From the IMG/VR virus record IMGVR_UViG_2886410390_000001, positions 1 through 64,000 of that record: DNA of 64,000 bases; one strand, given 5' to 3'. Below the pieces are notes generated by a model that saw only the letters and a list, made by a program, of their open reading frames with translations, searched no databases and was not told where the DNA came from. Positions 46,265 to 55,519 of this stretch are shown in pieces (position 1 is the stretch's first letter; every line of letters begins with the position of its first letter). Made by a program: the position numbers and the translations under genes. The stretch is from a virus. Its lineage: Duplodnaviria > Caudoviricetes.

Positions 46265-46480
46265 CTATTCTTCCAGGGGCTCCCGGTCTGCCAGGCAACT
46301 GCGGCACCGCCCTCGCGTGCCGAGGTAGCGCTCAGGCGTCACCCGGCTGCCGCAGTGCGGGCAGGGCCCTGGCGTGTGCGGGTGCCATGGGTTGAGGCAG
46401 CGGATGTGGCTGCCTCCGCCCAGGTAGCGCGTCTCCTCCAACGGGAATCCATCCTCCGGACATCGGCCAGCTCGGCTCAT
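46265..46480 (-). CDS. Small Cys/His-rich Zn-finger-like protein
   Basis: C..C.NPWH, CPHC, CRSC. Confidence 0.5.
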   Translation of the reverse strand: MSRAGRCPEDGFPLEETRYLGGGSHIRCLNPWHPHTPGPCPHCGSRVTPERYLGTRGRCRSCLADREPLEE

Positions 46481-46711
46481 CGTCGTCTCCTTGCCCAGAT
46501 TGGGCTGCGGTTTCAGAAGAGAAGGAGCGGCCACGGGCCGGCACCGCTCCATGCTCAGGACGGTGTTGGAGTGCGCTGAAATGAGTCAAGGCGGGGCCGT
46601 CCCAGCGGTGACAATGGCACTGGAGGCCCCGTAAAGCGGGCCCGGACGCCGTCCTCGCCTGCCGTGACGATGCGGCGGCATGAGCGCCCCCATCCATGCG
46701 CGGTGCGTCCC

Positions 46712-47098
46712 GTGACGCCCACCCCCGAAGTCGCCATCCTCTTCTTGGCGGTGAGCCAGCTCATCGTGCCGCTGCTGAACGGGCTCCTGGCCCGCCGAGC
46801 GACGAAGCACGAGAGCGCGGTGGACCAGGTGCCCCTGCTGGTGGAGCGCATCGGGACCGTCGCGGCGGACGTGAAGGACATCAAGGCGGACCTGCGGCGC
46901 GTAGCCGAGCACGAACTGCTGCTGCGCGAGGTGGACCTGCGCCTGAAGGCCTTGGAGTCGTGGCAGATGGAGGCCCGTCCTCAGCTCGCCCGGGCCGCGA
47001 GCGATGCACATCTGCTGATGGGCGAGCGCAGCGCCCGGCAGATGCAGCACGCCGCCAACGTAGTGGCCGCGCGCGACACCGGCCGCGACGGCACCTGA
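46712..47098 (+). CDS. Putative holin (N-terminal TM plus coiled coil)
   Basis: One TM followed by heptads; first gene of the cassette containing the endolysin. Confidence 0.55.
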   Translation: MTPTPEVAILFLAVSQLIVPLLNGLLARRATKHESAVDQVPLLVERIGTVAADVKDIKADLRRVAEHELLLREVDLRLKALESWQMEARPQLARAASDAHLLMGERSARQMQHAANVVAARDTGRDGT

Positions 47099-47154
47099 GC
47101 TTCACCGCCGTGCGCTCGGCGCCGGCTCCACCCGCAGCACCCTACGAGGCACCC

Positions 47155-47811
47155 GTGCCGAAGACGATGTCCCGAGACGAGTTGCTGGCGAAGTTCCGTG
47201 TTCAGGTCCGAGAGGAGATGGCCCACGGCCATACGCACAAGGCCAACGTCGCCATTGCCCTGCGCCATTACGTCCACCCCAGCGGGTACGACCTCGCCTT
47301 CGACCTCATGCGCATCTGCGCGGAAGAGACGGGCGACGTGCTGACGCCGGACGGCGTCTGGGAGTACGGCGCCCGCAGCGAGCTGTGGCTGCCCAAGGCG
47401 TTGCAGCTCCGCCAGCAGGCGTCCGCGCCCCTTCTCCCGGGCGCTGTCACCTCGAAGCACCAGGAGAACCCGATGAGCGGACCTCGGGACCCGAAGCGCG
47501 CAGGCTTCCTCGGCTTCACGAAATACAACGACGTGCCCGGGCCGCATGGCCCCTGGAAGACGTTCGACGGGCGGGACGTGCCCGGCTGGGACGCGGTGGG
47601 GCCGCTGACGCAGGCGCGCTGGGTGGCGGCCGGCGAGGCCGAGCGGGACGTGGCCTTCAGCATCGCCGGGCACGCCGCGGTGCAGGCGCTGGAGATGGCC
47701 GGCATCACCGACGAGGAGACGCTCAACCGGGTGCAGGTGGCCATCCTCCGGCACCAGTCGACCAGCATCTCCCCGCCGGACCCGCTGCCCCCTGGCGCCG
47801 TCATCGGCTGA
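47155..47811 (+). CDS. Hypothetical phage protein
   Basis: GAGG RBS; 218 aa inside the lysis region. Confidence 0.65.
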   Translation: MPKTMSRDELLAKFRVQVREEMAHGHTHKANVAIALRHYVHPSGYDLAFDLMRICAEETGDVLTPDGVWEYGARSELWLPKALQLRQQASAPLLPGAVTSKHQENPMSGPRDPKRAGFLGFTKYNDVPGPHGPWKTFDGRDVPGWDAVGPLTQARWVAAGEAERDVAFSIAGHAAVQALEMAGITDEETLNRVQVAILRHQSTSISPPDPLPPGAVIG

Positions 47812-47851
47812 GTCGGCCGCTCTCCACGACAACCGTCAGTCCGGAGTCCCC

Positions 47852-48307
47852 ATGCCCAGCTCGCAGCGCGCCGCCTTCCTCGCCCTCGTCCTCCAGCAGA
47901 TGCACTCCCCCTACCGGTGGAATGCGAAGGGCACCCGGGACGCCACCACCGGGCAGCGCGTCTTCGACTGCTCCGGGCTGGTGACGTGGACGCTGCACCA
48001 GGTGGGCGGGCCGGACTGGCGCGCCACCCACAACACGGACCGACTCTGGGCGGCGTGCGCCCCGGTGGACTTCGCCGCGCTGCTGCCCGGGGACCTGGTG
48101 CTGTACCACCGCGCGGGCGCGCCCGCCGACGCCGAGCACGTCATGGTGCACGTGGGCGGGGGCGTCGTGGTGGGCGCGTCAGGTGGCGGCCGGGCCACCC
48201 TCACGCTCGCCGACGCCGCAGCCCATGACGCCCGCGTGAAGGCCCTCCCTCACCTCGGCTACCGGCCGGACCTCATGGGCTTCCGCCGGCTGCCCTTCGC
48301 CTCGTAG
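47852..48307 (+). CDS. NlpC/P60 cysteine endopeptidase, probable endolysin
   Basis: PYRW...FDCSGLV, PGDLVLY, HV.VHVG. Confidence 0.9.
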   Translation: MPSSQRAAFLALVLQQMHSPYRWNAKGTRDATTGQRVFDCSGLVTWTLHQVGGPDWRATHNTDRLWAACAPVDFAALLPGDLVLYHRAGAPADAEHVMVHVGGGVVVGASGGGRATLTLADAAAHDARVKALPHLGYRPDLMGFRRLPFAS

Positions 48308-48338
48308 CTGTCCCCTCGCAGTCCCCCAGGAGTACTCC

Positions 48339-48956
48339 ATGAAGAAGCGCTTCGCCCTCGCCGCCGTGCTCGCGGCCGTCCTCACCGCGCCGGTGGCTCT
48401 GGCCCAGGACGGCACCTCGCCGCCGGAGCCCACGCTGAAGTCCATCATCCTGTCCGCCGCCGTCACGGCCACGCCCGTGCTGGCCACCGCGCTCGCCGGC
48501 CTTGTGGCGGCCGCGCTCGTCGCCCTCACGAAGAAGCTCCATGCCCAGGCCGGAGAGTCGAAGCTCGCGCAGGTGGCCACGCGCGCCAGCATGCTGGCCG
48601 AGGGCGTCGTCCGGGACATTGAGGTGACGCTGAAGCCGAAGCTCGAGGCAGCGTCTGCCGACGGCACCCTCTCCGACGCGGAGCTGCAGAGCATCAAGGC
48701 CGCCGCGCTGGAGCAGCTCAAGGCGAGCCTGGGCCAGCGCGGCCTGGCCGAGTTGCAGCAGGTGCTCCAGCTCACCGCCGGCAGCGTGGGCACCTTCCTC
48801 TCCGGGCTCATCGAGGCGGCCCTGGACCGCATGAAGGCGAGCCGTGCGCCCGCGCTGGCGGACGAGGTGGTGTCGGCGGCGCTGTCGCTGGGCGCCCTCG
48901 GCAGCCAGGCGGCGCTCGCCCCGGTGACGGCCTCCCCTCAGATGCCCCGCGGTTAG
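48339..48956 (+). CDS. Membrane protein with signal peptide, holin/spanin-like
   Basis: Signal ending ALA, one TM, then DGTLS..E...IK..A; follows the endolysin. Confidence 0.7.
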   Translation: MKKRFALAAVLAAVLTAPVALAQDGTSPPEPTLKSIILSAAVTATPVLATALAGLVAAALVALTKKLHAQAGESKLAQVATRASMLAEGVVRDIEVTLKPKLEAASADGTLSDAELQSIKAAALEQLKASLGQRGLAELQQVLQLTAGSVGTFLSGLIEAALDRMKASRAPALADEVVSAALSLGALGSQAALAPVTASPQMPRG

Positions 48957-48979
48957 CTGTCGCCGCGGGGCTCTCCCGA

Positions 48980-49171
48980 GTGCTGTCTGACGTACCGGTG
49001 CGGACCGGCTACGTGGAGGCCCAGGCCGGCGTGTCCTCCCTCACGGGCGCCTACGCGCGCCTGGAGGCGGGGGCGCGGCTGCGCAGCAACCTGGGGCTCT
49101 TCGCCTTCGCCGAGGCCAACCAGCGCGAGCGCATGGCCGGCGCCGGCATGCGGTGGACGTTCGGCTGGTGA
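48980..49171 (+). CDS. Small beta-strand-rich protein ending WTFGW
   Basis: Alternating hydrophobic pattern; last gene before a hairpin. Confidence 0.65.
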   Translation: MLSDVPVRTGYVEAQAGVSSLTGAYARLEAGARLRSNLGLFAFAEANQRERMAGAGMRWTFGW

Positions 49172-49191
49172 CACGCCAGCGGTGACGGGCG

Positions 49192-49219
49192 GCCCGCCCC
49201 GGAGATCTTCAGGGCGGGC
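49192..49219 (+). terminator. Putative terminator after the lysis cassette
   Basis: GCCCGCCC...GGGCGGGC followed by a pyrimidine-rich tract. Confidence 0.55.
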
Positions 49220-49363
49220 TGCTTCCTCTGCGTGGGACGAGTCTTCAGGCAGGAACGTGCAGGCGCTGGCGCTGACGCAGTCCTGGGACTCATTGCATCG
49301 AATGCCAGGACCGCTGGGGACGCGTCTAGGATGAGCGCCCATTGGGCGGCAGGGCAATGCCAG

Positions 49364-50079
49364 CTAGGAGCGTGTTGGGGGTAACCGCAAGAACCTACTC
49401 AAAGCGTAGGCAAGGACATGATGCGCTTTGCCTATCTATGAGCAAGGTCTTCCGCCCCTACGCCCCTGAACAGTCGGAGTTGCTGCCGCCCTCGCCCCGA
49501 GACTGGCTGCCGGCCGGGCACCTGGCGTACTTCATCCTGGACGCGGTGGCGGAGCTGGACCTCAGGCCGCTGCTGGCCCGCGATGCCTGCCGCTACTGGA
49601 GCAGGTGGTGGAGAACTGCGGCGGGGTGCCCGGGGCGGTGACAGCCGACAGCGGCTACTTCTCGGAACAGAACGTGGCACGTGCAGCGAGCATTGGCATC
49701 CACGCGTACATCGCCACCGGCAGACTCAAGCATGGGGAGCAGCCGCCACCGGTGCGAGGGCGGATGCCACGAGACTTGAGCCTCAAGGAGTGGATGGCGC
49801 GCAGGCTCAAAACGAAGAAGGGACGCGAGGTGTACGCCCGACGCAAGGTGGCAGCCGAGCCGCCCTTCGGCCAAATCAAACAGGCGCGAGGCTTCCGGCA
49901 ACTGCTGCTGCGCGGGCTGCAGAAGGCGAAGGGGGAGTGGGCGCTCACCTGCCTCACCCATAACCCGCGCAAGCTCTTCCACGTGGCGGCCGCATAGCGG
50001 TCTGCCGCAGCAAAGCAGGGGGCGGCAATCATGCCGTCCGGTACCTGCTCCTGAGCCCGTTACCACGCCAGGCTCCTAG
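49364..50079 (+). mobile_element. Internally deleted IS1182-like element (716 bp including CTAG flanks)
   Basis: N-terminal FRPY...LLPPS.RDWLP.GHLAYFI joined out of frame (near 49586) to C-terminal ADSGY, Y.RRK..AEP.FG.IK; imperfect inverted ends; CTAG on both sides. Confidence 0.85.
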
Positions 50080-51968
50080 TTGACCACCCAGACCAGCTCC
50101 TGCTTTGCGCGCGTAATCGCAACATACTCGATATTGCATTCTTCCGTTCCGGTTCGGCTGAACGTGGCCTTGAGGAGGAACACCCTCTCGCGCTCCAACC
50201 CCTTGGCCTTGTGGACGGAACTGCAAATGATGAGAGGCTGGGCGCTTTCGGCGGCATCGTCGAAGAGGTTCTCGATGCGGGCCTCCAGCTCCTTCGTCGT
50301 GAGGAGGTCCTCGCAGAGTGCCACGAGCATTCCGGCCTGGTCTGCGATGCGCTCGATGACCGGCTCTGGGTCCTTCGCCACCAGGCGAGCGCGCTGCGTC
50401 TCGCGCCCTTCCCAGGCTGCGAGCTTGGAGAGGAAGCTCTCGATGGTCGTCCCGCCGAGCTTCTTGACGATGGTCAGGAGGCTGCGCCCGATGTCCTTCC
50501 CCTCGACCTTCGCCCTCTTGCCCCGCTTGAGGAGCTTGATGCACGTCGAGACAAGCGGCGCGTTCTTGCGGCTGAGGATGAAGCAGCCGGGCGTGGCTAC
50601 CTCGACCAGCTTAGATTCCGACACGTCGCGAATGATGCCCGCGGGGGCGGTGTCTGCTGCCTTGTAATCGGGCACAAGCTGCTGGGCGAGGGCCACTACT
50701 TTCTTCGGGCAGCGGTAGGTCGTCGTGAGGGGAAACTCGACCGCGCTCAACTCGCTCTTGAGCCGGTCAAGGCTCTTCGAGTCGGCGCCGCGGAACCCGT
50801 AGATGGCCTGTCGGTCATCGCCCACGACCACCGTGCGCCCACCCTTGCGGACCAGCTTCTGGGCAAGCAGGAGCTGGGTCAGGTTCATGTCCTGCGCCTC
50901 GTCGATCACCACGAGGTCGTACCTCGGGTGGACCATCTTCATCGCCACGGGGACGAAAATCATGTCGTCGAAATCCACGGTGCCGTCGCGCTGCGTGGCA
51001 AGCCTCATGGCTTCGTGGGCGCACCGGGCGACCGTCTCGGTGTCCCAACCGCTCTCGCTCCATTCCGCGTCGGGTTCGACTTCGAACTGGATCGCCAACT
51101 CGACCAGGTCGGCTACGGAGCCGAACGGAGCGACGTTCTTGCCGAACGCAGCGAGCTTCCTGACGAGCTTGACCATCGGGTCGGGACTCTCGTGCCCGGC
51201 TGCCCGGCGGGCGAGAGTCAACCCCCGGTCCTTATCGAGCGCAGTGCCCTTCCAGTACGTCTTCACCGCAGCGAAGCCGAGCGCATGCAGGGTCTTCGCC
51301 GTGGCGGCGGGGTTCTTCAGCTTCGTCACTAACTCGTCCGCGATTCGCTTGTTGAACGCCGCAAGCACGATGTCCTTCTCGGGTGCGTAGGTGATGCCCT
51401 CCAGGATGGTGGTGGTCTTGCCCGTGCCCGCCCTCGCGCGAACGACCGCGTTGCCCTTCCCCGTGGCAAAGAAGTCGAAGATGGCGTTCTGCTGAACCGA
51501 CCATCGTGTCCCCGCCGGAGCTCCCGAGAGGGGGGCCTGTCCTGGCTGCTGTTCGCCCGCCGGGGACGCAGGCACCCCTGGCACTACGGCTGGCGGAGGA
51601 GCCAGAGGAGGTACGGGGGCGGCGGTGGGGGCTGCCTTCACGGGGCTCTTGTCGCGCTGTCCCTGGGCGGGACCCTGGGGAGTCACACCGTGGACGCCGG
51701 CGGCGCCGATACCGAGGTCGATAGTTTGGGGCTTGCGCTTGATGGGGACGGCCGCCTTGGGGGGCTCTGGCGGAGGGTTGGAGCGCTTGAGCCCGCCGTA
51801 AGTGACCCAGATGACGAGCAGCTGCACGGCGATGAGCGGCGGCCAGAACAGGTTGATGACCGTCAACGCCGTCCAGACCAGCGCGGCCCCTTGCAAGTGC
51901 CTTGGTGAGATGAGGCGAACCAGGACCAACGTGACCACGATCGCCAACTGGTACCCGAGCACCGCCAT
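50076..51968 (-). CDS. UvrD/Rep-like SF1 helicase with an N-terminal membrane domain
   Basis: ARAGTGKTT, IDEAQD, VGDDRQAIYGFRGA, YRCP, SVHKAKGLE, YVAITRAK; hydrophobic first ~60 aa and Pro-rich linker. Confidence 0.93.
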   Translation of the reverse strand: MAVLGYQLAIVVTLVLVRLISPRHLQGAALVWTALTVINLFWPPLIAVQLLVIWVTYGGLKRSNPPPEPPKAAVPIKRKPQTIDLGIGAAGVHGVTPQGPAQGQRDKSPVKAAPTAAPVPPLAPPPAVVPGVPASPAGEQQPGQAPLSGAPAGTRWSVQQNAIFDFFATGKGNAVVRARAGTGKTTTILEGITYAPEKDIVLAAFNKRIADELVTKLKNPAATAKTLHALGFAAVKTYWKGTALDKDRGLTLARRAAGHESPDPMVKLVRKLAAFGKNVAPFGSVADLVELAIQFEVEPDAEWSESGWDTETVARCAHEAMRLATQRDGTVDFDDMIFVPVAMKMVHPRYDLVVIDEAQDMNLTQLLLAQKLVRKGGRTVVVGDDRQAIYGFRGADSKSLDRLKSELSAVEFPLTTTYRCPKKVVALAQQLVPDYKAADTAPAGIIRDVSESKLVEVATPGCFILSRKNAPLVSTCIKLLKRGKRAKVEGKDIGRSLLTIVKKLGGTTIESFLSKLAAWEGRETQRARLVAKDPEPVIERIADQAGMLVALCEDLLTTKELEARIENLFDDAAESAQPLIICSSVHKAKGLERERVFLLKATFSRTGTEECNIEYVAITRAKQELVWVVN

Positions 51969-52064
51969 CGGTCACTCCCGTTTCGCCCGCCAACGTGGGT
52001 GCGGGGAGGGTAGCACCGCAGGCGCCCGCATCGGCGCAGCGCGGGGCGAGTGAGGCCGCCTGTC

Positions 52065-52319
52065 TTGAGCACGGGGCCGGCCCAACAGCGCACGCACCCC
52101 ACCGAGAAGCCGGTGCCGCTGCTCGCGCACCTGGTGGAGAAGTCCTGCCCCGTGAGCGGGCTCGTGCTGGACCCCTTCGCGGGCACGGGCGCCACGCTGG
52201 TGGCGGCGCAGCAGCTCGGCCGCCGCGCGGTGGGCGTCGATCTCGAAGAGCGCTACTGCGAGGTGGCGGCCCATCGGCTGCAGCAGGCGCTGCGCGAGGG
52301 CTCGCAGTCTGCGGCGTGA
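52065..52319 (+). pseudogene. C-terminal fragment of an N4/N6 DNA methyltransferase
   Basis: HPTEKPV.L, VLDPFAGTGATL.AA...GR..VG.DLEERYC; the catalytic DPPY half is absent. Confidence 0.85.
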
Positions 52320-52461
52320 TGCCAGGGCGGCACGTGGTGCAGTGCCGCTGCTCGCGCCAAGCCGCCCCTCCTGGCGCTGGCATCGCTGCCAGCGTCCTTT
52401 GTCTTCTGTGCAACCCAGCTCTGCACTTCCGTCTATAGGGCGGTTTGATCGTCTTGGCGCA

Positions 52462-53217
52462 ATGTCCGGGACTATGCCGGTCATCATCCGCGCAGGTGGG
52501 CGAGTCCGATTCGAGAAGTCGGGGCCTGGAGACGGGCCGAAGCCTCCGAAGAGGCCACCGTGCGAGTACTGCGGGAGGCCCGAGCACCCCTTTGCGGCAG
52601 AGTGGGGCAGCCACATCGGCAGCTCTTCGGTGCTGCGCGACAACATTCTCAATGGAGCCGAGGCGGACGCTCACCCCTGGTACACCGGGCGCTGGTCCAT
52701 CGCCGCGCACCATCTCATCTGCTCCGAGGCAATGGCGGACGATGAGGTCTGGGCGCGGTTCTGTCGCAAGTTCGGCTACGACATCAACCGGGCGCGGAAT
52801 GGCGTTATCCTCCCCATGGTGCTGGCCGTCGCATGCGAGCTGCACGTACCCGTCCACGTCGGGCCCCACGCCGGGGGCTGGGCATTCGACATGGACCTGT
52901 CGTACCCGGAGGCGGTGAAGGCCCGCCTTGTGAAGGTGGCTCGCGCAGTCGGAGCGGGCGGTTATTGCTCCAACCCATCAGCGCTGACGGACGAGCTGGA
53001 CAGACTCAGCGCAGAGATTCTGGGGCGCATCGTGGCCGGCCGCTGGACGCTTACCGCTGATGGGCTGGACTACTTGCCGGGGGGCGTCGGCTGCGCCGGC
53101 GCGAGGAGCCTTGAGGGCAAGCCGCGCCATCCCTGCCCGCAAGGCCGGCGTCACGGAGCCCGGCACGCGCGCACCGGGGCGGCGCTTCATCGTCGAGCGC
53201 CCCAGGTGGGGACGTAG
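52462..53217 (+). CDS. AHH-domain (HNH-fold) nuclease toxin
   Basis: AAHHLI, YDIN...NG..LP, H.G.H. Confidence 0.85.
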   Translation: MSGTMPVIIRAGGRVRFEKSGPGDGPKPPKRPPCEYCGRPEHPFAAEWGSHIGSSSVLRDNILNGAEADAHPWYTGRWSIAAHHLICSEAMADDEVWARFCRKFGYDINRARNGVILPMVLAVACELHVPVHVGPHAGGWAFDMDLSYPEAVKARLVKVARAVGAGGYCSNPSALTDELDRLSAEILGRIVAGRWTLTADGLDYLPGGVGCAGARSLEGKPRHPCPQGRRHGARHARTGAALHRRAPQVGT

Positions 53218-53220
53218 GCC

Positions 53221-53802
53221 ATGCAACGCGACTACTTCGTCCTCATGCGCGCGCGCTCCCAGCAGCATCCGCTGCTGGCATGGGACCAGGACTACCTTTC
53301 GTTCCTGAAGCCCATGCCCGTGGACACGTGCGAGCCGGTGAAGCTGAAACTCGGGGAGCCGGTGCCCCCCAGGCCCGTCATGGTGGACCACCACAGCCTG
53401 CCTGCACCGGTCGTCTCGCCTCGGCTGAAGGATGCGCTCGCACCACTGGAGCTTCACGGCGTGCAGTGGGTTCCGGCAGACGTCCGTGTGAGTGACGGGG
53501 ACGTGCGTCGATACTGGCTCATGCACATGTGGCGGCAGATTCGCTGCATGGACAGGGAGCGCTCCGACTTCACGGCCCCGCCGAGCGGGCTGTTCCTGTT
53601 GAGCCTCGACCGCCTCGTACTCGACGAGGCGGTGTTGGACGCGATACCCCTCCAGGAGCGACTCGCCTTCCTGCTTGAGGAGGACACGGTGCACCTCTTC
53701 CACCGCATCGTGGTGGACCGGGTGATGGGCCTCACCCCTTCGCCAGAGGGACTGCGCTTCATCCCCGTGCCGGACTGGAGCGACTCGTCCGGCTTCCGCT
53801 GA
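53221..53802 (+). CDS. Imm11-like (DUF1629) immunity protein
   Basis: VVSPRLKDAL, YWLMH, C.D.ERS; 3 nt downstream of the AHH gene. Confidence 0.8.
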   Translation: MQRDYFVLMRARSQQHPLLAWDQDYLSFLKPMPVDTCEPVKLKLGEPVPPRPVMVDHHSLPAPVVSPRLKDALAPLELHGVQWVPADVRVSDGDVRRYWLMHMWRQIRCMDRERSDFTAPPSGLFLLSLDRLVLDEAVLDAIPLQERLAFLLEEDTVHLFHRIVVDRVMGLTPSPEGLRFIPVPDWSDSSGFR

Positions 53803-53999
53803 GCCGACCGCGGCGTCAGTTCGGCGACGAGCTTCTGCACGCGGGCGCTCACTGCGGGTTCGGACGTCCAGGGGAGCGCTGGCGCGTACCACGTGGGCGC
53901 CTCACCGCCAGGCCCGTCGAAGACCTCCAACCGGGAGGCTGGGGGGCCTGATACACCACGCGGAGCCGCCCGGACTGCGGCCGCACCACAGCGCCGCCG

Positions 54000-54457
54000 A
54001 CGTCCTGGTCCATGCGCAGCCAGAGGAACGTCTCGCCCGCGAGGTCCAGGTGCAGTTGCGCCAGCTTGCGCACCTCGCGCCCGGGGAACTCGGGGTGCGA
54101 GGACTCCAAGAGGCACAGCACCTCGTGCGCCGGCAACTCCACCAGTTCGCCGGCCTGGGTGGCGTCCTCCAGCGCCTTGCGCCGCTCGAGCCTATCGAGG
54201 GACTTCCAGCGCGGGTCCATCCACAGCTTCGCGCCGCCGCTCACGCGCTTGTAGGCCGTCCACCGGGGCGTAGCCACGGCGTCCGCAACCGTGTCCACCA
54301 CGGCGCGGAGCCAGCCATGCTTCCGATATGCAGCGAGAACCTCGCGCGTGCCTCGACGCGGGGAGAAGGACGCGACGGGCATGGCATGGACGAGAGGGCC
54401 CCGGATGGTGGGCAATAGGCCCAGGGCTTTCAGGGTACGGCGGACGAGAGAGGCCAT
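54000..54457 (-). pseudogene. Truncated N-terminal fragment of a second phage portal protein
   Basis: AYRKHGWLRAVVDTVADAVA, LDLAGETF; similarity appears to end after about 150 aa. Confidence 0.6.
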
Positions 54458-54526
54458 GCCCCGGAGAAGGGGCGCCTGTACATCGAGGCGCTCCGTCGCC
54501 AGCAAAGCGATTACCGCACCATCAGT

Positions 54527-55519
54527 TCATTTCTGATCGAGAAACCCTAGCGCGCGAATAGACGAACCATACGTGGTCTTTTCGTACTCGCATGCAGCCT
54601 CCAGCTCTCGCTGGAGCGCATTATTCGACACCAGATCTGGGCGAAGAGGAATGGCAGCTTCGCCAACAAGCCTCAACCCATGGGTGACTGGGTCGGCGAC
54701 AATCTCCCCTAGCGATACGGTTATGGATGCATGCAGGTGATCCTCGGCACTCCTTTGGCCCGGACTGCCCACCAATGCGGCGTACGCCGAGTTATGGGCA
54801 ACCAACCCGCGGCCTTTCATGCCATGGAGATCAAGCCCCAATGTATATCTTGTTGATAGATCGATGGCGAAATACTGAGCCATCCTGACCAAGAAGTGCG
54901 TTGTGGCGAGTGCGATGGTGAGCAAAGAGGAAATATGAAGGTTCCCTCCCGTAGCCCCGGTAGGGTCTGCCTCCCAGCATTTCTCGCGGGAGAGGAATTC
55001 GCCGCTCCATCGCAGTGTCCAGATGTACCCTGGTGGGTGGTCCAGCGACGTTGGAACCATGCCGGTCCATCCCGATGGGCCGATGCTGTGGACGGGGCCA
55101 CTCACGTCGACAATCGGGAACCCGTGCGTGACCTGGCGTGCAGGTATCGAGAGCGAAGGGAACGCGTTGGCAAACTTGGTACGCTCCAACTGAAGGGGCC
55201 TCTCAGCGACGGCAGTGACTTGTCGCCACATGGTGTATTTCTGCCCAGCCCGCTCCCAGATTAGATCAATATCTCTCGTGAGCGCTGCTATGTCCATGCT
55301 CACTGAGTCATCCCCCAACAGCCGGAGAACGAGCTCAGCGGCAGGTCCTTCGCATTTGGAACTACCATTCTCCCAGGCTGAAATGGTCGCTTCCCCGCCA
55401 CGAACTCCAATTCGGTGTGCGAGTTGGCCCTGCGTGAGGTGGTGTTTCTGCCGCAGGTCGCGAATGAGTGAGCCCGGGAGCGGGTCACCAGGCTGCCGCG
55501 TTGGTGTGTTCTTCATCAA
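54527..55519 (-). CDS. XRE-family HTH fused to a large C-terminal domain
   Basis: IRDLRQKHHLTQGQLAHRIGV...TISAWENG; lower GC. Confidence 0.85.
   Translation of the reverse strand: MMKNTPTRQPGDPLPGSLIRDLRQKHHLTQGQLAHRIGVRGGEATISAWENGSSKCEGPAAELVLRLLGDDSVSMDIAALTRDIDLIWERAGQKYTMWRQVTAVAERPLQLERTKFANAFPSLSIPARQVTHGFPIVDVSGPVHSIGPSGWTGMVPTSLDHPPGYIWTLRWSGEFLSREKCWEADPTGATGGNLHISSLLTIALATTHFLVRMAQYFAIDLSTRYTLGLDLHGMKGRGLVAHNSAYAALVGSPGQRSAEDHLHASITVSLGEIVADPVTHGLRLVGEAAIPLRPDLVSNNALQRELEAACEYEKTTYGSSIRALGFLDQK

Larger units (their letters stand above)
1..49219 (+). mobile_element. Prophage (siphovirus-like; lambda-type tail tip); left end outside the window, right end approximate
   Basis: Ordered early, replication, terminase, portal, capsid, tail and lysis genes, nearly all on +, many with ATGA/GTGA overlaps. 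No integrase or att site seen. Confidence 0.93.
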
